DNA of 64,000 bases from the NCBI RefSeq assembly GCF_008831285.2, contig NC_045138.2, positions 31,310,001 to 31,374,000 on the forward strand, read 5' to 3'. Positions within the stretch are counted from its first letter, which is position 1, and each line of letters begins with the position of its first letter. Below are positions 12,701 through 25,209 of this stretch, piece after piece. Source of the stretch: Nymphaea colorata (lineage: Eukaryota). The position numbers were made by a program, and so were the translations under genes. Below the pieces are notes generated by a model. That model saw only the letters and a program-made list of their open reading frames with translations, was not told the origin of the DNA and searched no databases.

Positions 12701-15700
12701 GCATAAGTTCCTCAAGCTGAAGGCATCGCTCTTGAGTAATGTTAGCACGACCCTCCTGTTCCACACGTTTCTCCATTGCAACTACCAGATCAACCTCTAA
12801 CTCCTTAATTTTCAATCTTGACCGATCTAAACATGATTCAAGTTGGCTAATCTCATCCGAAAACCTTTTTCTTTCTTCGAGGAGCTGTTTTACACTTTCC
12901 ATCAATTCCATCTCCTTTTCTTGTGCATTTTGTAAAGCAACTTCCAGATTAAAGATTTTTGCTAAAGATGCCTCTAGTTCCACAGAAACTTCAGATAACC
13001 TGCTGGAACATTGTTCTAGTTCAATTTTTACCTCACTGTACTTTGTTTTTATGGAATTGCACTGCTCTTCAAGTTCATTTTGTTTCTGCTCTGATGTCCT
13101 TAATAGTAGTTCAATATCTGTCACCTTTCTTTCTTCTTGCTCTGTCTTGGAGTTCAGTTTTTGGATTTGGAGTTCAAGCTCAATGCACATCTCGTGGTTC
13201 ACGTTGATTAGTCCCTCCTGTTCAGTGCATTTTTTCCTAACAACTTGTAATTCTTGTTCTAGCTCCAACCTACTTGAACATGAATGATCCAGGTCAAACT
13301 CTAACTGCTTCATTCTATCTTTAAATTTCTCCTTCTCTGTCATGACGAGGACCAACTGTTCCTTTAACATAGTTCCCTCTGTGTTTGCATCATGTAACGC
13401 AAGCTCTAGCGTTGATACTTTTGTCAGAGAAACTTTCAGGTCCTCAGAAAGTTGGGAAACTTTGAAAGCATATCTTTCATGGTTTGCTTTTTCTTCCTCC
13501 ACTTTGGAGTTTGCCATTTCGATGAGGTCTTCGAGCTCGTGGCATCTCTGGCCATATGTTTTGGCATCACTCTCGTACTTATTACAGTTTTCTGTAACGT
13601 CTTTCAACTCTTGTTCTAGCACCAAGTTCCTCGAAGTTGACTTATTCAGGTAAGCTTCCAATTCCTTTATCTTATTTTGGAATTTTTCCTGCTCTTCCAT
13701 AAGTAAACCAAAATGTTCCTTAAACTTGATTTCTTTTGTGTCTGAGTCATGCCATGCATGCTCCAGACTCGACAGTTTAACCAAAGAAACATCCAGTTCT
13801 TGAGAAATTTTTGCAACTTTGGCTTCATATCTTTCACGTTCTTCTTTTTCATTCAACAACTCGATTTCTGTTGACTTTAAGTGTTTCTCCAGCATGTGCT
13901 CCTTGTTCTTTGAGTTCTTCAGAAGTGATTCTAGTTCAGCTAAGTTTCTTTCTGCATTCTCTGCTTTGGCATTTGAGATCTGGATTAAGCTTTCAAGCTC
14001 AAGGCACCTCTGCTGAGTTACATTGATGCGGCTCTCATATTCCACAGATTTCTCCATGGCAACTGTCAAGTCTTTCTCAAGCTCCTTTATTTTCAGGCGT
14101 GAATTTTCTAATGCCAATTCAAGATGGCCCATCGTATCTAAAACCTTACTTCTTTCCTCCACAAGCTCCCTTCTATTTTCCATTAACTCCATCTCCTTTT
14201 CTTTTGCATTTTTCAAAGAAACCTCCAAGTTGAGTATTTTTGCTAAAGAAACATCCAGTTCTGCAGAAACTTCAGACGTCTTGCTGGAATATTGTCGGCA
14301 CTCTTCTTCCACCTCAACATACTTTGTTTTCATTGATCTGCAATGTTCTTCAAGATCATTGCTCTTTTGCTCTAAAGTTTTTACTATCTGCTCAAGCCCC
14401 TCCACCTTTTTTCCTTCCTCTTTGGCTTTGGAATCAGATACTTGGATTTGGTATTCGAGCTCCAGGCACCTCTGTTCGTTCTTGACTGCAAGCTCCTCTT
14501 GTTCACTAATTTTCTTCCTAACAACTTTCACTTCTCGTTCTAGCTCCAAGGTCCGTGAATGTGACTGATCTAGTTCAGACTCCAATTGCACAGTTTTGTC
14601 TTCAATTTTCTGCTTTTCTTCCAAAACCAGAGCCAAATGTTCTCTCAAAGTGGTCTCTCTTGTGTTTGCTTCGTGCAATGCAAACCCCAAACTTGACACC
14701 TTTTCTAAAGAAATCTCTAGCTCTTTTGATAATTTGTCGACTTTGGAAGTAGATCTTTCATACTTTGCTTCTGCTTCCTCTGCTTTGCAGTTTGACATTT
14801 TCATGAGGCCTTCCAGCTCCAGGGACCTCTGGTGAGTTGTGTTTGCAGAATTCTCGTAATCAGTAATTTTTTCTGTAGTCGTTTGAAGCTCCTGTTCTAG
14901 CTCCAAGTTCCTTGAACGTGAAATGTTTAATTCGGATTCCAAATGCATCATTTTCTTTTCAAAATTTTCCTTCTCTCTTGTAATCTGAGCCAAATGTTCC
15001 TTCAACTCAGTCTCTGCTTTGTTGGTCTCAGATTGAGCAACCTCAAAGCTTGACACTTTTGCTAGAGAAACTTCCAGGGTTTGTGAAAGCTCCAAAACTT
15101 TGGAGGCATATGTTTCACATTCTTGTCTTGAGTTCAGCAACTTTTCTTCCACGGATCCTATATGCTTTTGAAGCTCATGCTCCTTTGCTTTTGATTCTTT
15201 CATCAGCATTTCTAGTTCAGCCACCCTTCTTTCTGCATTCTCGGCTTTGGAGTTTGAGATATGGATTAGGTCTTCAAGCTCAAGGCAACGCTGATGAGTA
15301 ATATCTGCACGGCCCTGAAATTCCACAGATTTCTCCATGGAAACAGTCAGGTCACTTTCCAGCTCTTTGATTTTCAGCATCGACTGATCTAAAGCTAATT
15401 CAAGGTTGCCAATCTCTCTTGAAAGCTTATTCCTTTCTTCCAAGAGGTCTCTTATAGTTTCCATTGATTCCATCTCTTTTTCTCTTCCAGTTCGTACAGA
15501 AATCTCCAAATTAGATATTTTTACAATAGATACCTCCAGTTCGCTAGAAAGTTCAGATAATCTTCTCGAGTACTGATTGGATTCAATTTCCATTTCCAAA
15601 TATTTTCTTTCTGCAGTTGTACACTGCTCTTTAAGATCATGTTCTTTCTGTTCAGAATTCTCTAGTAGTAGCTCAAGCTCCCTCGCCTTTCTTCCTGCAT

Positions 15701-18338
15701 CCTCAGCTTTGGAATGTGATATCTGAATTGAGGATTCAAGGTCAAGGTTTATCTGGTTAATGGTGGCGACTTGGCTCTCCAGTTCCAGACATCTTTCACT
15801 TGCAACTTTCAGCTCTGCCTCCAGTTGCAAGTTCCTTTGAGAAGATTGACTTATAGCAGATTCCAAGCACATAAGCTTATCTTTGTATTCTGATATTTGG
15901 GTTTTTAGAATCTTGTTTTCTTCTTCGACCTTTCCTAGCATTTCAGACAGCTCGAAAGTTCTCTCTTGGAATTCTTTCGCAACTTTATCTGTCTCAGAAC
16001 TTCTTGCTTGAGCCCAATCTAGCTGTTCTTCAAGCTCTAGTTTCTTTTGCCTCACATGGATCAATTCCGATTCAGTTACCTTAAAATTTAATTCTACTGT
16101 TTCTCTTGCTGCATTAGACGCTTGAAGCATGCTTTGATACTCAAGATTCAATTTTATAGCATCTGTAGCTTTAAGTTCGTATTCAATGTGGAGGTCTTCA
16201 AGAGTCTTCAGCTTTAGCTCCAATTCAGCACAACGGGACATAGCCTGTTCCAGGCAGGAGTTTGATTCAGCATTCTTGTGAATGGATGTTCTCAGCTTAT
16301 TTTCAAGATCAAGGATTAATTTCTGCATCTGATGCATCTCCTGATTAACTGAAGATACGGTAGTTTCTGCATCTATTTTCATTCTAGTCATAATGGATAG
16401 TTCCTCTTCAATGTTTAAGACCCGTTCTTCTTGGCTCTTTAAGTTGCCTTCCAGCAGCATTATCTTCTTCCTCTCCTCAATGAACGTTAAATCTAACTCG
16501 CTCAACTCAGTTATTTTTGACTGAAGGTCTTCTTTGCATGCAGTAAATGATTTGTGCAAAGCTGCAATTTCTTGTTTCAGTCTGTCTTCCGAGGCTCTGG
16601 TCAAATTTAATTGCTCTTCCACCTCCCTAATAATTCTTTCCCCGGAGCCTATCTGTTCCTCCAGATCTAATTCACGTGCTTTTGAAAGACTAAGCTCATT
16701 TTCGACTTCAGAAAGCTTTATTAACGTATTTCTGAGAGTAACCTCCGCTTGTTCACTATCAGACATTCGTCCATGTAGCTCCCTCAGTTCCTCTTGAAGA
16801 GAGGCAACTTGAACTTCCATCTCTTTGGCATTAGTATTTGCTAGTTCCAACAAATTCTGCAACTCCAGAGCCTTCTGCGCTTCTCCCATCAAAGATCTCA
16901 TCTCTTGTTCCACTGTTTGTGTTCTGTGCCTCGAAAGTTGTAGATCTGCACTTAACTTGTTGACTGCCTCTTTCGCCACAACCAACTCGCTTTGGAATGC
17001 ATCTTGAGACTTAAGTGCAGATTGCAGAACCTCACTCTGTGAATAGTACATTTGCTCATACTCTTTGGCACGTTCTTCAGCAGATTCAAGTTTGTGCTTA
17101 AGATATTTTTGCATCTGTTCTAGGTCCATTGAGTGCCTGGTCTTCTCCTTCAATTTTTCCTTCATAAAGGCAAATTCTTCTTTCAGTTTAGATTTCTCAA
17201 GTTCTGAGAATTCAATGTCTGTGTTTATCTTTTCCAGATATAGTTCGAGAGAATTCATTTTTTCCTCCATTTCCTCAACAGAGCAACTTTCTTCTTCCTC
17301 ATGATGCACATGAACATTTTTCTTTACGAAAATTAATTCCTTTTCTACCTTTATAAGCCGTCCATCAATAGATATTTCTTCTTGTGCTTCATTGACTATA
17401 TCAGCAACTTCTGTGGCGCTTGAAGGAGACCCATTATATGCTTCCACAACTTCCTGTAAATGAAGGTAAAAGCAATTGAGGAGAACAATAAAGCAACAAT
17501 AATAACATAAAATGAATCATGCAGCGAACGGTTGATATGGTTAATAAAGAGAGAAGCATAATAAAAGAAACGGATCCTACAGAGCTTTTCAAATACTTGC
17601 TAACCATTAATTTAATGTATGGAAGACTCTAAAACCATATTAAGATTCTGGTTTTAACGTTAGAAGAAGACTGCATCTCATAGACATGCAAAAGGTGTAA
17701 GCGACAGTAAAGTTCTTCAGCTTTGGTTGTTCACAGGTAAGGTTGAATACTATGAGCAATGAAATTATTTCAGACAAATGCAGAAAAGACATTCGTCTTA
17801 CATAAGAAGGTGGTAATCAATTATTTGAATTGTGAGAGCTCAAGCTTTTGACTCAAAAATCTGGACTTGGTCTGAAGAATGCTATGCCAAACCGATGACA
17901 GCATTTGCTTTGCAGAAAATTATTGCAGCATAAGTGAGGGTTGATGCCGTTTCTATGTTTCTTTAAATTCGATTTTGGCGGGCAATTTCATAAAATGATT
18001 CCTCCGCTTTAACGGCTTCTATTCAGGAGCAGTTTCTTGAGATTTTATTGAAAATGTTAAGCAGCTATATCTAAATGTTAAAGTTGAACGTTACTTTAAA
18101 ATTTTGGTTTGGGCGCCGTGCTTAATTTTAAAAATTTGTCTTCCTAAATTTTAGACAAGCATCATTATATGTGTTCACATTTTTGAAAAAAGGAAAAACT
18201 ATTTAAACACACCAAACTGATCAGACAGTGGCGACAATCTAAATTTCCTACATAAAGAAAATGATCAGAAATTACCTTTTTATCAATCATTTCTTTCATG
18301 TGGACTTCCATGGTACTTTCTTTTGTTTCCATTTCCAT
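9752..18338 (-). CDS. PICC-like (At2g32240/At1g05320 family) very long coiled-coil protein, about 1938 aa; coding exons 18338-18276, 17453-12000, 11617-11558, 10802-10692, 9880-9752; probable leader exons ~22330-22052 and 21929-21805
   Basis: 1843-aa ORF whose N-terminal motifs (DGRLIKVEKE, QKALELQNLLELANTNAKEMEVQVASLQEELRELH, THQRSLELEGL) match my recollection of PICC. The big exon is bounded by TTTACAG and CAG|GTTTG. Flanking small exons are all phase 0 with GT-AG and open frames (MEMETKESTMEVHMKEMIDKK; ISSHSLQLELEPPEDQTKER; EEHIVLV...ELQH; VTGGTEQ...KHIHG*). Confidence 0.85.
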
Positions 18339-18817
18339 CTTCTGCTCCTGCTAGTTAACAGCACAGATATCATTAAAATATTAATACAAAAAGCCATTCT
18401 TTCAAAATTCTCACAAGCTGAATGTCATTTCTTGTTGTCATCACCCATACTTCCTGTTTGTTCAATTTTAACAGTGAGAATTGACTATATATATATATAT
18501 ATATATATATTTATTTATTTATATATGCGTGTGTTCAAATCTGTATCCATCCATCCATCCTGCCCCTCACAGCAGGGCATACAGCATGATGCATTGGATG
18601 GTTAGAAGAATCCAACAAACATATATATACATGTGTGTGTGTGTTTTAAGTTGTTGTTAGGAAAAGTGATGATTATATGAGCTGTTCAATTTTACTTATT
18701 ATAAAAATGTAATAAAATTCAAAAATGGTTAGCTTAACATGTGTTTCTCATCGTTGAGATCATTTCTGGAAGGTTAGATTACAGAAAAACACCTTAATTA
18801 TTACATTTAAGCAGTTT

Positions 18818-18862
<45 letters not shown>

Positions 18863-19859
18863 GCCTTGTACGCTTGAGCATATTATTTTGAGTTACAAGT
18901 GGGAGTTATGTTTGTGTAGAGTCTAAAAGTGTTCCAAAATTTTTGTCAATAATCGAAAATTCATATTTTGGTCTTGCATTGAAATTTCATGTGGAAATAC
19001 CATGTTGGTTTTCTTTGTTTATATTTGATTATTTCCGAGCAATCTGTTGCTCTAGACTATATGCATCTTAGCATGATTATTTCATCTGGTTCAAGTTTTC
19101 TGTTTTCATCTAAAAATTCGTCTTGAACATTAGTGTCTGATTGACATATTATATATGGATCTGAATAATCGATTTCTATGCATACCGACTCGTTCCGTTG
19201 AATCTTGTGAATTATGTAACTGAATTTGGATTTGAGATTATCCAAGTCAGCCATCCCATTGGGGAAAAAAATCCAAAAACTACAGAAAAAAACAGCAAAC
19301 GTTTTGAGATTCCATACAAACTTAAAACGTTTCATCTACGTACACTGATGCTACCTTTGCGCAAAAGTAACCGTTGGATCATGGATCGAACAGTTTTGGA
19401 TCCAAATATTGGATCATGTAGGATCCAACAGCTTCGAGAACCACTATATAGTGATCCTGAATTATTAGCCTTTCGATACTCCAAATTAGTTCCGAAATCC
19501 AAATGGAATTCTCTATTCACAGCCTGGCGTGCAACGGGCTTCCCTAAATTGAAGTTCTTATGGGTAAGGCCAGACTGACGTGGCATGGCACATGTGGGTT
19601 GTCTTCATTCTTGAATCCGGATCCAAATATGAGAGGTTAGCAACCCATCCAGATCCAGATCCCGTGAGATTCATCAAAATGTGAATAAACCAAAGACCAG
19701 ACCTGATCCAACCAATAAACAACCTAAATTTACTTATTTATTTAAACGTTTATGTTCAAAATAAGTTTTCCACATTTTAATTAGGACCAGTGGGTTGCAT
19801 CTGCTCTGTCATTAAAATTTGATCAACCGTATCTGAGAAAGTGGACCTGCATTTATACG

Positions 19860-19908
<49 letters not shown>

Positions 19909-20490
19909 TATATATATATATATATATATATAGCCATCTAATTAGAACGGTACATATAAAACAGATGGACGGTTGAAAGAAAAACAAGAGAAAAATGTGT
20001 GAATTAATAATAGTTGATGAAAATGTCTTTCATATTTTCCTCATTCTTTTCTTTTTAGCCAGGATGGATCAGATCACCTTGCTTAGATGGTTGGAAGACT
20101 CTAGTCAATTTTCATGTAAAGAGAGAAGTTGGTATATCCTAAACCAAACCATTAGGTTAGAAATAAAAACTTTATTTTTTTGCTCAAAAGATGCTTTAAG
20201 AAAACTAGAAACATCCTCATATAGAAACTAATTTGACATGAAACACGGTTTAGTTTCAGTTGTTTTTATGAAAATGTAGATTTCTCCATCACCAAAATCT
20301 TGATGTTATATGAGCAGTTCAATTTTGAGTATTATAAAAAATACAATTAAATTAAAAAATGATTAACTTAATATATGTTTCCTATCAACTTAGTCTTAAG
20401 ATCATATCTATAATATTAAATTCAGAGGCAAAGACAGATTTTTTTTTTTTATGGGGCACTAATCATACAGTTAACAAATTCAATTGACAA

Positions 20491-20633
20491 TGGGGTAGCG
20501 ACCGGGATCTCATGGGGCAATCCTATATAACTGGACCCATATATACCCAGAATCATGCACTAATTCAAGCTTTCATGAAAATGGGGTCTGTGGGGGCGTA
20601 TGCCCCACGAAACCCCCACCTATCTACGCCCCT
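20491..20633. mobile_element. Short hAT-like MITE (GGGG(C/T)...CGCCCCT family)
   Basis: Inverted ends GGGGTAGCG...CTACGCCCCT and subterminal GGGGCGTATGCCCCAC. Related pieces at 23193-23461, 24123, 26185, 37137-37322, 38107 and 41323. Confidence 0.5.
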
Positions 20634-22679
20634 TATTAGGTATATATATATATATACACACGACCAACTCGAAAAGAGAACACTGGAGAATAAGAAAGAC
20701 TGGGATCTGGATCTGAGCTAGATTCAATCCATGTAATCGAATTTGAAATTCAAATGAGAATCTGAACATTCGAAAACAGAAGCAGCAAACAGACAAAAGC
20801 TACTCGTTCAAAAACTTATAACTTTATGTATTAATTGAACACCACTCTGCGAAAAGGAACCATCTGCATAGGAATCCATGTATAAAAAGCCAATTGTACT
20901 GAAACCTAACACCTTTTATAGCGGTATTTAAGTTTTATAAAATTTGATATTAAGATCAACTCTTCAGACAGTGGATCTAGTTTTGCATCTTATGTCTAGA
21001 AGAATACATGATATAATTGGATTTCAATATGAATTTCCAAATCCAACAAGGTTGCCCAGGACAATTAATTTGCTTCCAATTTTACGGCCATTAACAACTG
21101 TGTCAAAGGACATTCATATCTTTAATTAGTATTAAGAAGCATGTGGTTAATTTATATATCCAAATATTATAGCATAATTTACTAATTGACATTTTTCAAG
21201 TTTAATCAACTTCAATTTATCATATGATACAAAAATGTCAGTAATTGGTAACTTGGTATTCTCCAGACAGATCTATCTCTGTCGTCTCTTTACATAAAAG
21301 TAGCATAAAAATGTCACTTTGACGTCAAAATTGAATCGTTTGATTGCACAAGTAGCATTGCAAACTAAAATTTCCATACTGTTGATTCTTGAACTTGAAA
21401 AACTTTATATATTGTTCGGCTTAACATCACGAAGGACGAGAAAGAAACCAACTTCTCTACATGGCTATTGAATGAAATTAAATTGTTTATCTGACCGATA
21501 TATGAGGATTCAAGGGCCTATTCTTAGCAAGTACACAGATCGACTTGCAAAGAATATTCAGAAAATCCATCGGTTAACTCAGAAGCCAGTAGAGCTTGCA
21601 GAGACTGTTCATGCCGGGGGCAGTACTTTCAAGCAAAACAGAACGCTGATATGCTTTTCCTTTTGTCGAATACGCAGATATATTGATTAGTTCAGGATTT
21701 GTATAACATATAATTTTATCAAAAGATTAAAAGATCAGCCTCAACTTGGTAGAAAAGTGAATTTCTCGATGGTTTCCTAACTTGAACACTGTCCTAGATT
21801 TAACCTGTTCCTTCCACTGCATCTATCTTTCTATCCCGGCCCATCTCTCTCTCTCTACAGACTCCCCAAGTTCTTTCTTCCTCCCCCAACTTTTCTTCTT
21901 CTTCTTTTCCAACCCTTTGGTAGACCCTCCTTTCAAGTTGAAGAACAGTTAAAACAAAGATAAAGGAAATTTGCATGGAAAGTCGAAAACATAAGACGGA
22001 TACAAGTTTACTGCTACTGTGAGAGAGACAGAGAAAGAGAGAGTGTGTTACCTCAAGCGACAGGAACGATTGGAGGGGACGGAGGTAAACTATGCTCACA
22101 TAAACACGCTTCTTGTGTCTTCTCTGTCGATTTATACCATCGGTTGCGAGAGAGAGAGGGGGAGAGATCAGAACGGTGACGATGATACTCATAAAACAAT
22201 GGATTCCGAAACTTTGAATAAGAGGGAGACGAAAATGATGATGAGGTAGCAGACAAAATTTTGAACGGAAGAGAAAGCGATCGGAAGATCACCAAGGTTG
22301 AGCAGATGAAACCGAATGTCAAATCACATACCATCGAAGGGATCTAATTAAATTCTCCACCGTCGCAATTTTTTACGATCACTGACGTCACTATGCGCAT
22401 CAATGATGAATGTTGGTAGGCCCCCATCACATGCTCTCAATGTAAAACTTTCTGAGTGAGTGGAAAGTAAATTTTTTTTACGGCCTCGGATCTCATATGT
22501 GAAAGATCAACAGAAGCACATATAGTTGGTTCAGCTTATCAAGATTTGTGAAGAACATGTTAAAAACATGTTGGCGATGAGGCCAATAATTAAGATGCAC
22601 CACAGCTGCATGTCCATGATTGAATGATTCTTGTGAAATGCAGACTTCCATGCATGTTAGGTGCAGGTTTATCCCAGCA

Positions 22680-22771
22680 ACAAAACTTCCTTTTAGACAT
22701 TAAATTAAACTAGTCGCTATTTCGTACAAAACTTCCTTTTAGACATTAAATTAAACTAGTCGCTATTTCGT
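22680..22771. repeat. Perfect 46-bp tandem duplication
   Basis: ACAAAACTTCCTTTTAGACATTAAATTAAACTAGTCGCTATTTCGT occurs twice back to back. Confidence 0.95.
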
Positions 22772-23192
22772 TGAGGGCACTCCCCATATATTTGAGGAGC
22801 ATTTTATATAAATTATAGACACAAATAATGTTTGAGAGTTTTAAACTATGAGGTTTTTCTTGATTATAATACGGCAAATTTGAAAAAAAGAAAAAAATAC
22901 GATAAACTTTTTAAATTCTTTAAAAATTAAAAATAAAAAAAATAAAAAAAAAGTGAGAAATTAATAATACAAACATCATAAGATAAGTAGATTTACAATA
23001 AATAAAGAATAAAAAAAAACTGTTTGACGTTAAAAAAACTGAAAAAGGTGAAAAAACATGAAAAAGTGTTAAAAATGGGTTAAAACGTTTTTTTTTTTGT
23101 TTTTAATGTTTTTTTTTCAAAAACGTATTTTTAATTAAATTTTGCCGGCACATACGCACATGTATCTTCGCTCCTCAATTAAATTGTTTCAA

Positions 23193-23461
23193 TCAGTAGC
23201 CAAGCGAGGAAATTTTGGAAGAGTGGTGCTAAAAATAAGAAAAAAAACTTAAAACCCTTCAAATACACAATCGAATTATTGAAGGGCAATTGCCCACACA
23301 AACCCACAACCAGTGGCTAAATGAGAAAATATTGGTTGAAGGGTGCTAATTCAAAAAAAAAAAAAAAAAAAACACCTTAAACCCTTCAAATACACAATTG
23401 AATTATTGAGGGGCAGCCTGGTGACCAATTGCCCACACAAGCCCACATGGCTTTGCCACCG
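23193..23461. mobile_element. Two tandem copies of a short MITE (CAGT(A/G)GC...CAATTGCCCACACA...GCCACCG)
   Basis: AAACCCTTCAAATACACAAT(C/T)GAATTATTGA...CAATTGCCCACACAA(A/G)CCCAC repeated about 130 bp apart. Confidence 0.55.
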
Positions 23462-24596
23462 GTCGTAACAATCAAACTTTGACATGGTTTGGAGCCGCAT
23501 AAATCACATTTTGTACGGCAACTAGAGAATTTTAAAAAAGAAAACCTGAGACTCATTTGCTCTCAATGGGGGAATTGATCAAGAAATGAAAGAATATTGC
23601 ATGTGCAATCAAAATTCTGTTCTATAATACCGCCAGAAGTGAGTGGATTCTGCCAGCTCCTGACGAACTAGCTAAGCCGTAAAATATCAAAGATATAAAA
23701 TGCACACAACTTGGAGACAAGCGCGTCAGTTCAACAGGAAGGCGACGACAACTTTGAACGTTGGCAATATGTATGTATTCCACCACAAGTGGATCCCAGC
23801 TAGTTGCTGCTTTTTAAAAGGTGGCCGGCCGATCACCGTGACCGGCCATCGGCCATCAATAGCAGGCGACAAGGACAAGACATCGGGAGATTAGCAAGAG
23901 AGGGGGAGAGAAAAGACGTAATCTATCATAGGTGGAGTAGTTAGAATTAAGAAGAAGACAGGCGGTCAGCCGCCGTGTGCCTGGTATCTTAGCACACCGG
24001 AAAGATTAGAATCGTTGAATTTCTTCTAAGTTCTGATATCGTGCACGCAAGAAAAAGATGGCAGGAACTCAAATTGTATTTGAACAATAGCTAGCGCTTG
24101 GATTTAAACTAATATCTGGTCTAGGGGCGGAGCTGCTTATATATATATATATATATATATAGCGGATAAGGGGCCTCTGAAAAACTTATATCTGAATACA
24201 TATAAAAACTGTTTCCTTAGCTTCCCTTCAATTAAAGAATTATATACAAGTGTAAGTGTCGCTTCACACTTAAATTTCTGGGTCCCTACTGAGTTGATCT
24301 GTCTCATGTTCTTTAAGTCGTTCTGGACAAGAGAAGTTACCCACAGGACATGGCAGGATCCACAAGCACATTCTTCCGTTACCATAAATTTGAAGGGAAA
24401 GGCACTCCTAGAGTGGGGTTGAACTGTCCCTTTTTTTTTTTTACCCAAAAAAAAAAACTCTTTGACATTAAGGAAAGGCAAAGTAAAATGATTTTGTATA
24501 CCATGTTCATACCGAATAAGTTAGATGTTAGGCTTCTGACACGACATTATGTGTTATAAGTTGGGAATGACAAAAACACCCTTGATGGCATGTGAT

Positions 24597-25209
24597 TAGG
24601 GATGAACAAGAGCTGAGTCGAGTCCAAGTTCAGTTAGCTCGAGCTCGGCTTGACTAATGAAACTTCAAGCTTGACTTGGCTCGAGCTCGAAAATAGCTCG
24701 ACGGAAGTAGCTCGAGCTCAAGCTCGACAGTTACGTGTTGAGCTCGAGTTCGACTCGATTAAGGCTCGACAAACTCGTTTGAATAGAATTGATATTCATC
24801 GTTACGTGTTGAGCTCGAATTCGACTCGATTAAGACTCAACAAGCTCTTTTGAATACAATTGATATTCATTGTTACTTGTTGAACTCGAGATTCACTCGA
24901 TTAAGGCTCGACAAACTCGTTTGATAGAATTGATAATCATCGTTACGTGTTGAGCTCGACCTCGACTCGATTAAGGCTCGACAAACTCGTAAACTCGTTT
25001 GAATATATCGACTTCATTAAGGCTCGACAAACTCGATTAACCCTCGAGATCGACTCGGCACTTACGTGTTGAGCTCGAACTCAACTCGATTATTTGAACG
25101 AGTCGATTCATGAACTCAAGCTTGACTCGTTAAGCAAATGACTCGGCTCGAACTTGTTCATGAACCGAACTTTAACCAGTCGAGTATCTGGACTCGTTGT
25201 TCATCCCTG
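24597..25209. mobile_element. hAT-like non-autonomous element with an internal ~71-bp tandem array
   Basis: TIR TAGGGATGAACAA / TTGTTCATCCCTG; units beginning GTTAC(G/T)TGTTGA at 24730, 24801, 24872 and 24942; no clear TSD. Confidence 0.75.

Noticed and set aside
12160..17304. Many plus-strand Ser/Phe-rich ORFs (e.g. 12160-12720, 12739-13287, 14023-14568)
   Set aside because: Antisense shadows of the Glu/Lys/Leu-rich PICC-like exon, with no independent coding signal.
19057..19586. Overlapping 84-126-aa ORFs in the PICC-like leader intron
   Set aside because: No recognisable domain; the region is GGATCC/ATCCG-rich TE relic.
23820..23856. GGCCGAT...ATCGGCC hairpin as a miRNA precursor
   Set aside because: The stem is too short and I recognise no mature miRNA sequence.
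24730..25080. Regular ~71-bp repeats resembling a CRISPR array
   Set aside because: The units are contiguous with no unique spacers, lie inside TIRs, and the DNA is eukaryotic with no cas genes.
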